Counted from the first letter of the stretch, positions 1 to 12,079 are shown. The stretch is 64,000 nt of DNA from Actinomycetes bacterium (GCA_014190235.1 BJGC01000008.1:139-64138); one strand, 5' to 3'. Made by a program: numbers and translations. The notes: generated from the letters alone by a model not told the origin.

Positions 1-113
1 TTGTTGGCGCGTGCACAACGTGCCCGGCTTCTGATCAGACAATGAAAGCCGGAATTGAGCGCATCATGAAAGATCGCATCGATGGCGTCACCGAGGTCGT
101 GCAGGTCGCCTAA
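1..113 (+). CDS. NifU/Nfu-like Fe-S cluster protein, C-terminal fragment (5' end lies outside the window)
   Basis: Frame 3 reads VGACTTCPASDQTMKAGIERIMKDRIDGVTEVVQVA and stops at TAA 111-113. A CxxC followed by (T)MKxGIE is the NifU C-terminal domain signature. Confidence 0.6.
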   Translation, partial: VGACTTCPASDQTMKAGIERIMKDRIDGVTEVVQVA

Positions 114-1076
114 GTGGGTCGTCGAACCAGCACCCCAGAAGAACTTTTTTCAAGCGCTTGCAACGGTGATCGCGGCGCGCTTGCTCGAGTGTTGTCTCTC
201 TTGGAGCGCGGCGGCGAGCCAGCCCGTGTGTTGGGGCGTTTGTCATATCCCAAAAGTGGGGCTGCGTACACGGTCGGTCTGACCGGTGCGCCAGGTTCCG
301 GAAAGAGCACACTCACAAGCGCCATCATTGGCCACTTGCGCAAATTGGACATGGATGTCACTGTGTTGGCAATTGATCCATCGTCACCATTTACGGGTGG
401 TGCAATTTTGGGAGACCGAGTGCGCATGCAAGACCATGCCACTGATGACGGAGTTTTTATTCGCTCAATGGCAACTCGAGGACATTTAGGTGGGTTGTCT
501 CTCGCAACACCAGAGGCAATTCGTTTGCTCGACGCAGTTGGTCGCAGAAATATTTTTGTAGAAACTGTCGGAGTCGGACAGGTTGAAGTAGAGATTGCAG
601 GCAAGGCTGACACCACTGTGGTGGTTTTAAACCCAGGATGGGGAGACTCGGTGCAAGCCAATAAAGCCGGGCTGATGGAGATTGCAGATATTTTTGTGAT
701 CAACAAAGCAGATCGCAAAGGCGTCGAAGAAACCCGTCGTGACATTGAACAGATGCTTGAGTTGGGTGACATGCCTCATGATGCGTGGCAGCCGCCAATT
801 GTGCGAACGATTGGCACCACCGGAGAAGGCGTGCCAGAACTATGGGATCACATCTCGCAGCATCGAGCAACGATTGAGTCGTCAGGGGCCTTGACAGAGC
901 GCAGGTCGTTTCGTTTGCGAGAAGAAATGCGAGCCATTGTGACTCAGCGATTAGAACAGCGCGCAAAAGAGCTCTGCACCGGTGACCGTTGGGAGCAGTT
1001 GCAATCAGAAGTGCTATCGCATTCCACTGATCCATGGGCGGCAGCCGATGAAATGTTGCGCGGGATAGGAGCATAG
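114..1076 (+). CDS. meaB: G3E-family P-loop GTPase, MeaB/ArgK type (methylmalonyl-CoA mutase-associated chaperone family)
   Basis: 320 aa. Walker A GLTGAPGSGKSTL and NKxD motif VINKADR. The GTG start abuts the upstream stop (TAAGTG). Confidence 0.85.
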   Translation: MGRRTSTPEELFSSACNGDRGALARVLSLLERGGEPARVLGRLSYPKSGAAYTVGLTGAPGSGKSTLTSAIIGHLRKLDMDVTVLAIDPSSPFTGGAILGDRVRMQDHATDDGVFIRSMATRGHLGGLSLATPEAIRLLDAVGRRNIFVETVGVGQVEVEIAGKADTTVVVLNPGWGDSVQANKAGLMEIADIFVINKADRKGVEETRRDIEQMLELGDMPHDAWQPPIVRTIGTTGEGVPELWDHISQHRATIESSGALTERRSFRLREEMRAIVTQRLEQRAKELCTGDRWEQLQSEVLSHSTDPWAAADEMLRGIGA

Positions 1077-1079
1077 AAA

Positions 1080-1853
1080 ATGTCTGATCTTGTGTTGCTT
1101 GAGCGACGCCCTGATGGAGTGGCTGTCATCACCCTCAATAATCCAAAAGTCAATGCGCTGTCCGTGGGTCTTTTGGTGCGTCTGCACGAGATTGCACGTG
1201 ATCTGACGGACACTCCTGCTGGAGCCGTCGTCTTGACTGGTGGCGATCGATTGTTTGCTGCGGGTGCAGATATTTCTGAGTTTGATGGTCCAAACGAAGC
1301 GCGCACGATTGGTGCGGCGTTTCATGGGGCACTAGATGCTGTCGCCGCGATTCCATCAATGGTGATCGCTGCAGTGAGTGGATTTGCTTTAGGTGGTGGT
1401 TGCGAGCTTGCAATGGCATGTGACTATCGCATCGCGTCGCACAAGGCAGTGTTCGGACAGCCAGAAATATTGCTCGGAATAATTCCGGGAGGCGGAGGCA
1501 CACAGCGGTTGCCACGCATTGTCGGAGCAAGCCGAGCAAAAGAAATCATGATGACTGGGCGACAGGTCAAATCTGACGAAGCATTTCGAATCGGACTAGC
1601 CGATGAGGTTGTTGAACCAGAACAACTTCATGTGCGGGCATTAGAACTGGCTTCTGAGTTAGCGCGGGGGGCATTGCAGGCACAGCGATTAACAAAGAGC
1701 ACGATCGATAATGGGGCCAGCATGGCGTTGCAAGATGGACTCTTGCTCGAACGCGATGTCTTTGAGCAGGTGTTTTATACGCAAGATAGTCAAATCGGTG
1801 TAGCTAGTTTTCGTCAAGCAGGTCCAGGGAACGCCACGTTCACAGGTAAATAA
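1080..1853 (+). CDS. enoyl-CoA hydratase/isomerase (crotonase family)
   Basis: 257 aa. Crotonase motifs FAAGADISEF and GFALGGGCELAMACDYRIA. Confidence 0.9.
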   Translation: MSDLVLLERRPDGVAVITLNNPKVNALSVGLLVRLHEIARDLTDTPAGAVVLTGGDRLFAAGADISEFDGPNEARTIGAAFHGALDAVAAIPSMVIAAVSGFALGGGCELAMACDYRIASHKAVFGQPEILLGIIPGGGGTQRLPRIVGASRAKEIMMTGRQVKSDEAFRIGLADEVVEPEQLHVRALELASELARGALQAQRLTKSTIDNGASMALQDGLLLERDVFEQVFYTQDSQIGVASFRQAGPGNATFTGK

Positions 1854-1858
1854 AACGC

Positions 1859-2551
1859 ATGACACTGCGAAAATCTATTCCTGCTGATGTTCGACCAATC
1901 ATCAGTTCGGCACTCGTTATCAGTGTCGCGGTTGGAGTGTTTGCTGTGTCGTTCGGAGTTGTGTCTGTGGCGAGTGGCGCATCTGTTATGCAAACATGTG
2001 CATTGTCGCTTTTTGTTTTTACGGGTGCATCTCAGTTTTCAGCAGTGAGCGTGATTGCTGCTGGCGGAAGCGTGGCAAGTGCTCTGGGCGGGGCACTTTT
2101 ATTGGCTGCACGCAATGGTGTTTATGGGCTCAGTCTTGCGCCAACGCTGCGCGGATCGTTGGGGAAACAACTTCTCGCAGCACATTTTGTGATTGATGAG
2201 ACAACTGCATTGGCCTCAGCACATGAGGATATGAGATTACGACGTTGGGCATTTTGGGCGTGTGGAATTTCTTTGTATACGTTTTGGAATATTGGCACGT
2301 TGATCGGCGCGCTTATTGGCAACTCAATTGACCCCAAAACTTTTGGACTTGATGCCGCGTTCCCTGTGGTGTTTACGGCGATGATCGTGCCACATCTGCG
2401 CACTCGCAATGGACGACGAGCTGCCTTATTCGGAGCAGTTGCCGCAGTGGCGCTCGCGCCTTTTCTGCCTGTTGGCTTGCCGATCTTGGTTGCAACATTT
2501 GGAATTCTATTTGGAGTCTCGCCAGATCAATCAGAAACAGAATCAACATGA
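1859..2551 (+). CDS. azlC: AzlC-family branched-chain amino acid exporter subunit
   Basis: 230 aa polytopic protein with an FTGASQF motif. Followed by a small hydrophobic AzlD-like ORF with an ATGA overlap. Confidence 0.8.
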   Translation: MTLRKSIPADVRPIISSALVISVAVGVFAVSFGVVSVASGASVMQTCALSLFVFTGASQFSAVSVIAAGGSVASALGGALLLAARNGVYGLSLAPTLRGSLGKQLLAAHFVIDETTALASAHEDMRLRRWAFWACGISLYTFWNIGTLIGALIGNSIDPKTFGLDAAFPVVFTAMIVPHLRTRNGRRAALFGAVAAVALAPFLPVGLPILVATFGILFGVSPDQSETEST

Positions 2552-2850
2552 GTTGGTGGTTGGTGATTTTGTTGGCATTTGGCGCATATGGATCGAAAGT
2601 ATTAGGAGTAGTGGTGCTGGGAGAACGGCAACTGTCGCCAGTTTTGCAACGATGTCTAGTTCTTATTCCGGCAGCATTGCTCGGAGCGTTGATTGCTAAG
2701 GACACTTTTACAACGGTGCAGAATTTTTCTATTGATGCGCGTCTAGCTGGATTGATCGTGGCTATCGGGGCAACATGGAAGAAAGTTCCGCTCGTGCTGG
2801 TCATTGCTTTGGGTGTTGGCGCAACAGCACTTGTGCGAGCGTTAGCGTAG
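2548..2850 (+). CDS. azlD: AzlD-family small membrane protein
   Basis: 100 aa, very hydrophobic. Its start overlaps the azlC stop (ATGA at 2548-2551). Confidence 0.75.
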   Translation: MSWWLVILLAFGAYGSKVLGVVVLGERQLSPVLQRCLVLIPAALLGALIAKDTFTTVQNFSIDARLAGLIVAIGATWKKVPLVLVIALGVGATALVRALA

Positions 2851-2852
2851 TT

Positions 2853-3293
2853 CTATTCAGCGAGTTTTTTTAACGCTTGTAGATTGCGCCGCCAGATTGC
2901 GGAGAGAACAATCCGCCCACCAATAAATGCGCCAATTGGACCACCAAGCCACCACGGGAAAGTAAGTTCTTCTGTCCAAATGAAACGAGTCCTCGAACCA
3001 TCTGCAAGGGGAGTAAGCGTGAACTCACCAGACCCTGTGACGATGCCCGTATGTCGAACTCCCATGCGTCGGCCTGGCTCCCACGCGGTGATGCTCATTT
3101 GATCTACTAATTTAATTGGACCAACTTTTGTGTCACAGAAGAATTCTGTTCCGACACCACGAGTTTTGTCGGTGATAAATCGAATCGCAACGGCATCTGC
3201 CATCCAGTCAATATGTCGCTCGATTGGTTCGAGGATATTCCAAAGGTTTTCAGGCGTACTAGAAATATCGATTGATACTGTGATTCTGCTCAT
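2853..3293 (-). CDS. SRPBCC (START / polyketide cyclase-like) family protein
   Basis: I trimmed the track ORF (2853..3359) to the internal ATG at 3293, giving MSRITVSIDISSTPENLWNILEPIERHIDWM. That start avoids overlapping galT, which ends at 3304. Length and N-terminal pattern are typical of SRPBCC proteins. Confidence 0.65.
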   Translation of the reverse strand: MSRITVSIDISSTPENLWNILEPIERHIDWMADAVAIRFITDKTRGVGTEFFCDTKVGPIKLVDQMSITAWEPGRRMGVRHTGIVTGSGEFTLTPLADGSRTRFIWTEELTFPWWLGGPIGAFIGGRIVLSAIWRRNLQALKKLAE

Positions 3294-3303
3294 TGCAACA
3301 GTT

Positions 3304-4287
3304 TTAAACAGTTGCAGACACAGCGCGTAACTCTGCTGCTGCTTCTTCTGGCGGAACAAGATTAATCATGACACCGGTGCCACGCTCAAAGCCAGCAGTT
3401 GTTGTGAGTTTTGGCCACAGGTGGATATGCCAGTGATACATGCCGGAGTGATGGGCGGGTGCTGTATGAAAAACGATATTGAAAGCGATGTCTCCAAGAA
3501 CTGCCACCAGATGGGCGAGTCCGTCGCGAATTGCTCGTCCGACTCCAGCGAGGGCTTCATCACTTGAGTCAGATAAATGCAAATCGTGTGATCGAGGCAT
3601 TATCAGTAATTCAAATGGTCCACTGCTCCAGAATGGACAAATTGCAATAGCATGTTCGTTTTCTAGAACGACACGTTTGTCGTCGACAGACTCTGCCTCA
3701 ATCGTGGTGCACAAAAGGCATCCACCTTTGAATCGTTCAAAGGCACGTTCTTCTTCGAGGATTTCGCCTGGGACAAAGGGCAGGCCCAGTAATTGTCCGT
3801 GCGGATGAGCAAGAGATGCACCCGCTTCGCGACCATGATTGATAAACGCTTGGGTGTAACGAATATTTGGAGTGTCAGTGTGGGCGATGAGTCTGCTCTT
3901 GAGTGCGAGCATCATGTCTTTCATTGCGCCATCGCTGAAATTATTCATGCGGGAATCATGATCTGGTGAAATTACCAATACCTCATGTACGCCACTCGCT
4001 TCTGCCATGACATGAACTGGTCCGAGGTTGCGCACAGCCAGGGTGTCGTCACCTTCGAATGCTGGATATTTATTCGGCACGACGCGCATTGTCCAGTTGC
4101 CATCTGAGTCGCGTGTCTCAAGCGTTGGGACGCCAGAGTCTTCGTTGCCAGGACAAAATGGGCACAGACGATCGGGGTCGTTTTCGACATGCAGAGTTCG
4201 TGGAGCAAAGTCACTTGTTCGCTTGGCCCGGTTGGGAACGACTGTTACCCACCGGCCAGTTAAGAGGTTGAGGCGTAATTGGCTCAC
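3304..4287 (-). CDS. galT: galactose-1-phosphate uridylyltransferase (HIT superfamily)
   Basis: 327 aa. Zinc site CPFCPGNE and catalytic HPHGQ (HxHxQ) motif. Confidence 0.85.
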   Translation of the reverse strand: MSQLRLNLLTGRWVTVVPNRAKRTSDFAPRTLHVENDPDRLCPFCPGNEDSGVPTLETRDSDGNWTMRVVPNKYPAFEGDDTLAVRNLGPVHVMAEASGVHEVLVISPDHDSRMNNFSDGAMKDMMLALKSRLIAHTDTPNIRYTQAFINHGREAGASLAHPHGQLLGLPFVPGEILEEERAFERFKGGCLLCTTIEAESVDDKRVVLENEHAIAICPFWSSGPFELLIMPRSHDLHLSDSSDEALAGVGRAIRDGLAHLVAVLGDIAFNIVFHTAPAHHSGMYHWHIHLWPKLTTTAGFERGTGVMINLVPPEEAAAELRAVSATV

Positions 4288-4330
4288 GGTAGATACAAGG
4301 ATACGACCACATCACCGTAAATGCGTGTCT

Positions 4331-5128
4331 TTAACGCGATGTTCGGTACCTACTGATATGGCGGGCTGACTCCGGGGTAAATGGTTCACCGTCTCCTGTG
4401 GCATACCGATCGACAAGATCAAGCCCTGCGGCACGAGCAATTGCGTCGAGTTGCGAGGGTGTCCAGTAGGTCACGACCCATGGTCGCAAACGCACGCCCT
4501 CAGAGTGAGTGAACTCAATGAATTGCCCGCTGATGTGTTGGGATTCTCTGGTGTGTGTGCTGACGCTCAAAACAACACGGTCAGTAGCGACACTGCGAAC
4601 CGACACATTGTCGCCGCCGTCGTCATTGGGGATGACTGCATCAATCATAAAATATCCATCTGGCCGCAGCCGAGAAGCAACAAGCGACAAACATGCGCCG
4701 AGGGCGTGCTCAGATGGCAAGTTAAAGATTGTGTTGTAGCCAGCAAAAATAAGATCAAACGGACCAGGGGGCAAATCGCGAGACATGTCACAGCAGATTG
4801 TGCTGACGTGTGCCGGCAGGTGACGCGAGCCGAGCACTGCAAGCATTGCTGTTGACGAATCGACGCCAACGTAGACGTCATGCTCTTTGCGGGCAGAAAT
4901 AAGTTGTGCCAAGAGCCGACCAGTGCCCACGCCTAGCTCGAGCACAGAAGCAGTCCGCTGCGCAAAGTGGGTGTTGAGATGTGTTGTGATGAACCGCACG
5001 AAGTCGGCATCATCGAGCGACTCGTACCACTCGTCATAGACGTCAGCGAACGCATCGCCATATGTGGCGGCGCCGTATCCTGGCATGCCGTATTCATGGG
5101 CCTGTCCGTCGTGGGGTAAATCGAGCAT
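4331..5128 (-). CDS. class I SAM-dependent methyltransferase
   Basis: Motif I VLELGVGTGRL. I chose the ATG at 5128 (MLDLPHDGQ...) rather than the longer track ORF, which runs toward the divergent iscS. Confidence 0.75.
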   Translation of the reverse strand: MLDLPHDGQAHEYGMPGYGAATYGDAFADVYDEWYESLDDADFVRFITTHLNTHFAQRTASVLELGVGTGRLLAQLISARKEHDVYVGVDSSTAMLAVLGSRHLPAHVSTICCDMSRDLPPGPFDLIFAGYNTIFNLPSEHALGACLSLVASRLRPDGYFMIDAVIPNDDGGDNVSVRSVATDRVVLSVSTHTRESQHISGQFIEFTHSEGVRLRPWVVTYWTPSQLDAIARAAGLDLVDRYATGDGEPFTPESARHISRYRTSR

Positions 5129-5181
5129 TGCTTCAGTACACCACGCCACCTGTCGGCGACAAGCATCGGTAGCCTGATGGT

Positions 5182-6354
5182 GTGAGCAACATTGGGACGA
5201 CCCGCGAGTATGTGTACCTCGATCATGCCGCCACGTCTCCGATGAGACCAACCGTGGCTCGCGCTATGGAGCCTTTTCATGATCAGGTCTATGCCAATCC
5301 GTCTGGCTCTCATCGTTTTGCGCGAGATGCCAGACGTGTGATTGACGAAGCACGAGACAATGTTGCTGAGATAATTGGGTGTCGACCAGGAGAAATAGTT
5401 TTCACGAGTGGTGGCACCGAGGGTGCTAACACAGCAGTTCTAGGAACCATCCGTCGCCGTGGCGGAATTGCTGTGTGTTCATCAGCCGAACATCATGCGG
5501 TACTGCATTGTGTCGAGCATGTTGGTGGTCGCGTTTTGCCAGTGACACAAGATGGAGTCATTGATCCAATCGCGTTGCGACAGACTCTACGAGAAATGTC
5601 GGACGTGTCTTTCGTGTCGGCGATGGCTGTCAATAACGAAGTCGGATCAATCACAGATATGCAAGAAGTTTCGCGCGCTGTGCGCCGAGTGTTTCCGGAT
5701 GCAGTGCTGCACACAGATGCCGTGCAATCAGCATGCTGGATTGATTTGCGAAACATTTGGCCGCATGTTGATGTCTTGACATTGTCTGCGCACAAGTTTG
5801 GTGGGCCCAAAGGGATGGGAATCATGGTTGTGCGCGAAGGTATCGTGCTCGAGCCTCTACTTTTTGGCGGTGGTCAAGAACGTGATCGTCGCAGTGGCAC
5901 ACATAATGTGGCCGGAATTGTCGGCACCACGGCTGCCCTGCGAATTACTGACGAACAACGTATTTCTGAAGTAGAGCGCATCAGCATTCTTCGATCTCGT
6001 TTGCTGGACGGACTTGAGGCCAAAATTGATTGTGCCAAGCGAACATTAACTACAAACTCCGTTGCCGGAATCGCGCACATTTGTCTTGAGGGTCTAGAGA
6101 ACGAATCACTGTTGTATCTCCTTGATGAGCATGGAGTGTGTGCGTCTGCTGCCTCGGCATGTGCGAGCGGAGCAATGGAGCCATCGCATGTGTTGGCCGC
6201 AATGGGCGTACCGATGCAGAAAAGCAAAGGAGCATTGCGCTTCAGCCTTGGGCATACAACAACCGAGTCGGATATCGATACTGCAATCAGTTCTGTTGAT
6301 CAGGCCGTCACACGTCTACAGCAATCCACTAAGCGCAAAGTGACAGCACAATGA
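5182..6354 (+). CDS. iscS: cysteine desulfurase (NifS/IscS-like, class V aminotransferase)
   Basis: 390 aa. PLP-lysine region SAHKFGGPKG and active-site Cys loop SAASACASG. Overlaps the mnmA start. Confidence 0.9.
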   Translation: MSNIGTTREYVYLDHAATSPMRPTVARAMEPFHDQVYANPSGSHRFARDARRVIDEARDNVAEIIGCRPGEIVFTSGGTEGANTAVLGTIRRRGGIAVCSSAEHHAVLHCVEHVGGRVLPVTQDGVIDPIALRQTLREMSDVSFVSAMAVNNEVGSITDMQEVSRAVRRVFPDAVLHTDAVQSACWIDLRNIWPHVDVLTLSAHKFGGPKGMGIMVVREGIVLEPLLFGGGQERDRRSGTHNVAGIVGTTAALRITDEQRISEVERISILRSRLLDGLEAKIDCAKRTLTTNSVAGIAHICLEGLENESLLYLLDEHGVCASAASACASGAMEPSHVLAAMGVPMQKSKGALRFSLGHTTTESDIDTAISSVDQAVTRLQQSTKRKVTAQ

Positions 6355-7409
6355 AAGTGCTTGTCGCAATGTCTGGTGGTGTCGATTCATCTGTGGCAGC
6401 GTTGATCTTGCGCGAACAAGGACACGAAGTCGTTGGCGTCACAATGCGTTTATGGGGCGGCGAAAGTGACACAGGATGTTGTTCTGTGAGCGATGTTGAT
6501 GACGCTCGCCGTGTGGCACAGCAACTAGACATCGACCATCTTGTTTTTAACTTCTCCGAAGAATTCAACGAGCATGTTGTTGCGCCTTATGTGCAGGCAC
6601 ATGTGGACGGAATCACTCCAAATCCGTGTATTGAGTGCAATCGTCACCTGAAATTTGATCGACTGATTGAACGGGGGCATGCATTGGGCTTTGACGCAGT
6701 AGCCACAGGGCATCATGCAAGAATTGAGCCATCACCGCAGGGGGATCTGCGTGTTGTGCGAGGAGAAGATCCTAAAAAAGATCAAAGTTATGTTGTGCAC
6801 ATGCTGGCAGGCGATGACTTGGCATACACCCTGTTCCCGGTGGGCCAAATGAACAAGTCAGAGGTGCGTGAGATCGCACAACGTCACGGATTACGAACTG
6901 CCACGAAACCTGACAGCCAAGATGTGTGTTTCATTGGCAGCACCACCGGCCGAGAGGGATTTCTTGGATCCAGAATTGCGTTTCGAACTGCTGAGGTCGT
7001 GGACATTGATGGCACTGCCGCGGGACGAGTTGATGCTGTAGAACTTGTGACGGTCGGACAACGGCGTGGGCTCAATTTAGGTGGCGGTCCAACACGTTTC
7101 GTGGTGGACGTTGATGTCAATAACCAAAAAGTTGTCGTTGGCTCAGAACAAGATCTTTATGTTGACTCAGTAATGCTCAATAGGTTGTCATGGCCACATC
7201 AAAAAGATGCTGACACTTCGCCTGTAACAATTTTGGTGCAGGGAAGTGCCCATGGAGCACGTCATGAAGGCACGTTGACCGTGGTTGACAAACACACGGC
7301 CCGGGTTGACTGGAAAATTTCGCAGAAAAGAATTGCGCCAGGACAAACAGTGGTGTTCTATGACATCTCTGATCGATATGTTCTTGGTGGAGGCGTTGTC
7401 ACTCGCTAA
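6351..7409 (+). CDS. mnmA: tRNA 2-thiouridine(34) synthase
   Basis: 352 aa. PP-loop VAMSGGVDSS. Has the CFIG and NPCIECN regions typical of MnmA/TrmU. Confidence 0.9.
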   Translation: MKVLVAMSGGVDSSVAALILREQGHEVVGVTMRLWGGESDTGCCSVSDVDDARRVAQQLDIDHLVFNFSEEFNEHVVAPYVQAHVDGITPNPCIECNRHLKFDRLIERGHALGFDAVATGHHARIEPSPQGDLRVVRGEDPKKDQSYVVHMLAGDDLAYTLFPVGQMNKSEVREIAQRHGLRTATKPDSQDVCFIGSTTGREGFLGSRIAFRTAEVVDIDGTAAGRVDAVELVTVGQRRGLNLGGGPTRFVVDVDVNNQKVVVGSEQDLYVDSVMLNRLSWPHQKDADTSPVTILVQGSAHGARHEGTLTVVDKHTARVDWKISQKRIAPGQTVVFYDISDRYVLGGGVVTR

Positions 7410-8292
7410 TTAAGCCCGACATGCGATTTAGGATGTGTTGCTGAGCTTGTGTGATATTTAATGGCGCGATGGCAAAAGAATGCACATGAAGTGCCTCTGC
7501 GCTGTGTAAAAATTTCATCGTCATCGCAGAAATTACAACTTTTTCAGACTCGCCCAAAGTAATGACAAGCCGCGAGCCAAATATGCCACCCGTGAGGTCT
7601 GCCTCGTCAGAAGGCGCATTACGAAGAGTGACATGTGAAATATTTGATGACTTCAGCATCATTGTCTCTGCAAGAACCAAATGATCGTGAACGACGATTC
7701 CAGATGGCACAATAACCAGCCAACGTCGTGATAGGCGATGCATGCGTGACGGCACCACCGACAAAAGACCAAGAGCAATCGCGGTGATGCAAGCCCCAAG
7801 TATCCACTGCTTGCTAGCAAGTAAAAGTGGTCCACTCATCAATGACGATGCCAGTAATACCCATGTCACAATGGCGGGTGCAAGATACGGAACTGGAATG
7901 CGCAATGCAAGACGCGTCTCGTTGCCATATGCACCACCCTGCACCATTGCGTTAATAATGCTTGGTTGCGAGAGCACAAACTGGCAAAGAGTTGTGCTGA
8001 GTAATGCGACAAGGGACAACAGTGGTGAGTTGTTGTCGCTCAGCCAATGGGGAAGCGCAACGACAGCGCCGACAAACATCATTGGTGCGATGAGTCGAAT
8101 GGCAGTTAGTCCGACAGGTACAACGGCAAAAAGACTGACTGCTCCGATGGCCCAAATTAACCATCCGGTGATTTCGAGAACCACATTGACGGGTGAGGAA
8201 TGCCATGCCAAAAGGTCCCATGGTGCAGCAATCGCAACGACTAGCCAGAGACAACGAAGAACCCATAATGCATTGACCGCGTGCGTGCGCAT
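7399..8292 (-). CDS. polytopic membrane protein of unknown function with a soluble C-terminal domain
   Basis: Trimmed to the ATG at 8292 (MRTHAVNALWVLRCLW...). Several hydrophobic helices precede a C-terminal domain of about 110 aa. The opposite-strand ORF 7742..8389 looks like a shadow ORF. Confidence 0.55.
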   Translation of the reverse strand: MRTHAVNALWVLRCLWLVVAIAAPWDLLAWHSSPVNVVLEITGWLIWAIGAVSLFAVVPVGLTAIRLIAPMMFVGAVVALPHWLSDNNSPLLSLVALLSTTLCQFVLSQPSIINAMVQGGAYGNETRLALRIPVPYLAPAIVTWVLLASSLMSGPLLLASKQWILGACITAIALGLLSVVPSRMHRLSRRWLVIVPSGIVVHDHLVLAETMMLKSSNISHVTLRNAPSDEADLTGGIFGSRLVITLGESEKVVISAMTMKFLHSAEALHVHSFAIAPLNITQAQQHILNRMSGLISE

Positions 8293-8408
8293 CACCACAT
8301 ACTTCTCTGTCGAGGTGGTGATTCCACGGTTCGTTGAAGCACTGGAGTATTTGCTAATGAATAAGAAGGATTTCGCGCTATTGAGATAGCCCAAGTGTAA
8401 AGGAGGCA

Positions 8409-9443
8409 GTGTTGATCCCAAATCAATTACCCACATTGCGTCCCGGGCAATCAATGGGAGTCGGAAGCTTGCCTCATCGGGATGCAATCGTCGCTGCTGA
8501 GTTTGCATGGAGCGCGACAACTATTCCAACGATGCCCACGTTGCCTCGGCGCTCGCCGGCCGAAGCCATGATTGCTCAAGCACTTGTAGGCATTGAAGGT
8601 GTGACAGTTGGACAGTACGGCGGAATCAGCGTCGATGTTGCAGCGCTCAAGAAAGATTCTGCAATTGTCACAGACATAACCGATGATGCATTCGTGGGTT
8701 ATCGGGCATTTCTTGATGCAGCCGGAGCACGTCGCGACACGAAGTGGGTGAAATGGCAGTTTGTTGGACCCGTCACGCTAGGGATGACACTCGTGCGAAC
8801 CGGAGTTCCTGCAACCGTTGCCTTTGATCTGGCATTGCGTGCGGTACGTTCACATATTCAGGCACTAGAAAAAATTGTGTCGGCATCATTACCAATGAGC
8901 ACACAAATCATCATGGTGGATGAGCCGCTACTCACTGAGGCACTGGCGGGCGAGAGCGATCTATCGCCTGATGCAATCGTTGACTTGGTATCAGGAGCGT
9001 TAGCCGCGAGTTCTTCACACAATCTGAACGGAATCCATTGTTGTGCAGATACCGAATGGAACGCAATGTTTTCGATGGGTGCAGCCGTATTGTCGATTCC
9101 CGCTCCGACCGGTCACGCAATCGGTGACATAGAGGCCGTCGCAAGTCGCATCTCTGAGTATCTTGAGTTAGGAGGCGTGATTGCGTGGGGTGTGCTGCGA
9201 ACGGATGGGCCGATTCCGACTGCCGCGGATAGAGCCTGGAAATCATTGACCGATATGTGGTGCTCGTTGGTGCGAAAAGGTGTCGATCCGGTCTTACTGC
9301 GACGCAACAGCATCGTGACTCCGGTATGCGGTCTTGGAATGCATACGGATGATCTTGCAATTCAGGTGATGGCGCTCGTTGATGAGATTTCTCTGAAAGT
9401 GCAAGAACAGTCCACTGCCTCGCGGTTGACGCTTGGCTCTTGA
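8409..9443 (+). CDS. cobalamin-independent methionine synthase (MetE C-terminal / URO-D-like) family protein, function unknown
   Basis: 344 aa. AGGAGG sits 2 nt upstream of the GTG start. IHCC and TPVCGLG motifs resemble the MetE zinc ligands (H-x-C ... C-G-L). Confidence 0.6.
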   Translation: MLIPNQLPTLRPGQSMGVGSLPHRDAIVAAEFAWSATTIPTMPTLPRRSPAEAMIAQALVGIEGVTVGQYGGISVDVAALKKDSAIVTDITDDAFVGYRAFLDAAGARRDTKWVKWQFVGPVTLGMTLVRTGVPATVAFDLALRAVRSHIQALEKIVSASLPMSTQIIMVDEPLLTEALAGESDLSPDAIVDLVSGALAASSSHNLNGIHCCADTEWNAMFSMGAAVLSIPAPTGHAIGDIEAVASRISEYLELGGVIAWGVLRTDGPIPTAADRAWKSLTDMWCSLVRKGVDPVLLRRNSIVTPVCGLGMHTDDLAIQVMALVDEISLKVQEQSTASRLTLGS

Positions 9444-9492
9444 GTACACATATTGCTCAAGGATTGTCATACAGCCAATGAGTAGTTTGTAG

Positions 9493-11595
<2,103 letters not shown>

Positions 11596-11599
11596 ACAC

Positions 11600-12079
11600 T
11601 TAGTTGACGCTGAACTCCCATGTAAACGACTTGGCCTTATCGCGAGTCGCATCAATTTTCCAGAACACAACTGATGCAGTGTGTTTGCCCTGAAAGAGTC
11701 CAGTAATTGCTGCTCCAACCTGCGGCTGGAACGAGATCGTAAAGTTTCCGGGGTCATAAATTGCTGTTGCCGGAATATCCACCTGTGCACCGGGCTGGAT
11801 CATCTGGGTTGCGCCTGAGAGTTCGTCGAGGCGAGTAACGGGCAACTCAAGACCATCCAGAATAAGAACGGCGTTATAACCATCGGTGAAGTCAACAAAA
11901 ATTTCGGACTGACGCAACACGATGTCGCCTGGTCCAGGATTAATGCTGGACACCTCGGCGGGCAGTTTTTGCGCCTCCCTGCCGGTCTGGGCTGAGTTAA
12001 GGCCAAGAACGATCAGGGCAAGACCAATGATGAAACCCAATGGAATCAGCAGTTTTTTGGGGTGAAACTGAGGTACCAC
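11600..12079 (-). CDS. membrane-anchored hypothetical protein
   Basis: 159 aa. N-terminal TM LLIPLGFIIGLALIVLGL followed by a beta-rich ectodomain. No recognised motif. Confidence 0.5.
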   Translation of the reverse strand: MVPQFHPKKLLIPLGFIIGLALIVLGLNSAQTGREAQKLPAEVSSINPGPGDIVLRQSEIFVDFTDGYNAVLILDGLELPVTRLDELSGATQMIQPGAQVDIPATAIYDPGNFTISFQPQVGAAITGLFQGKHTASVVFWKIDATRDKAKSFTWEFSVN

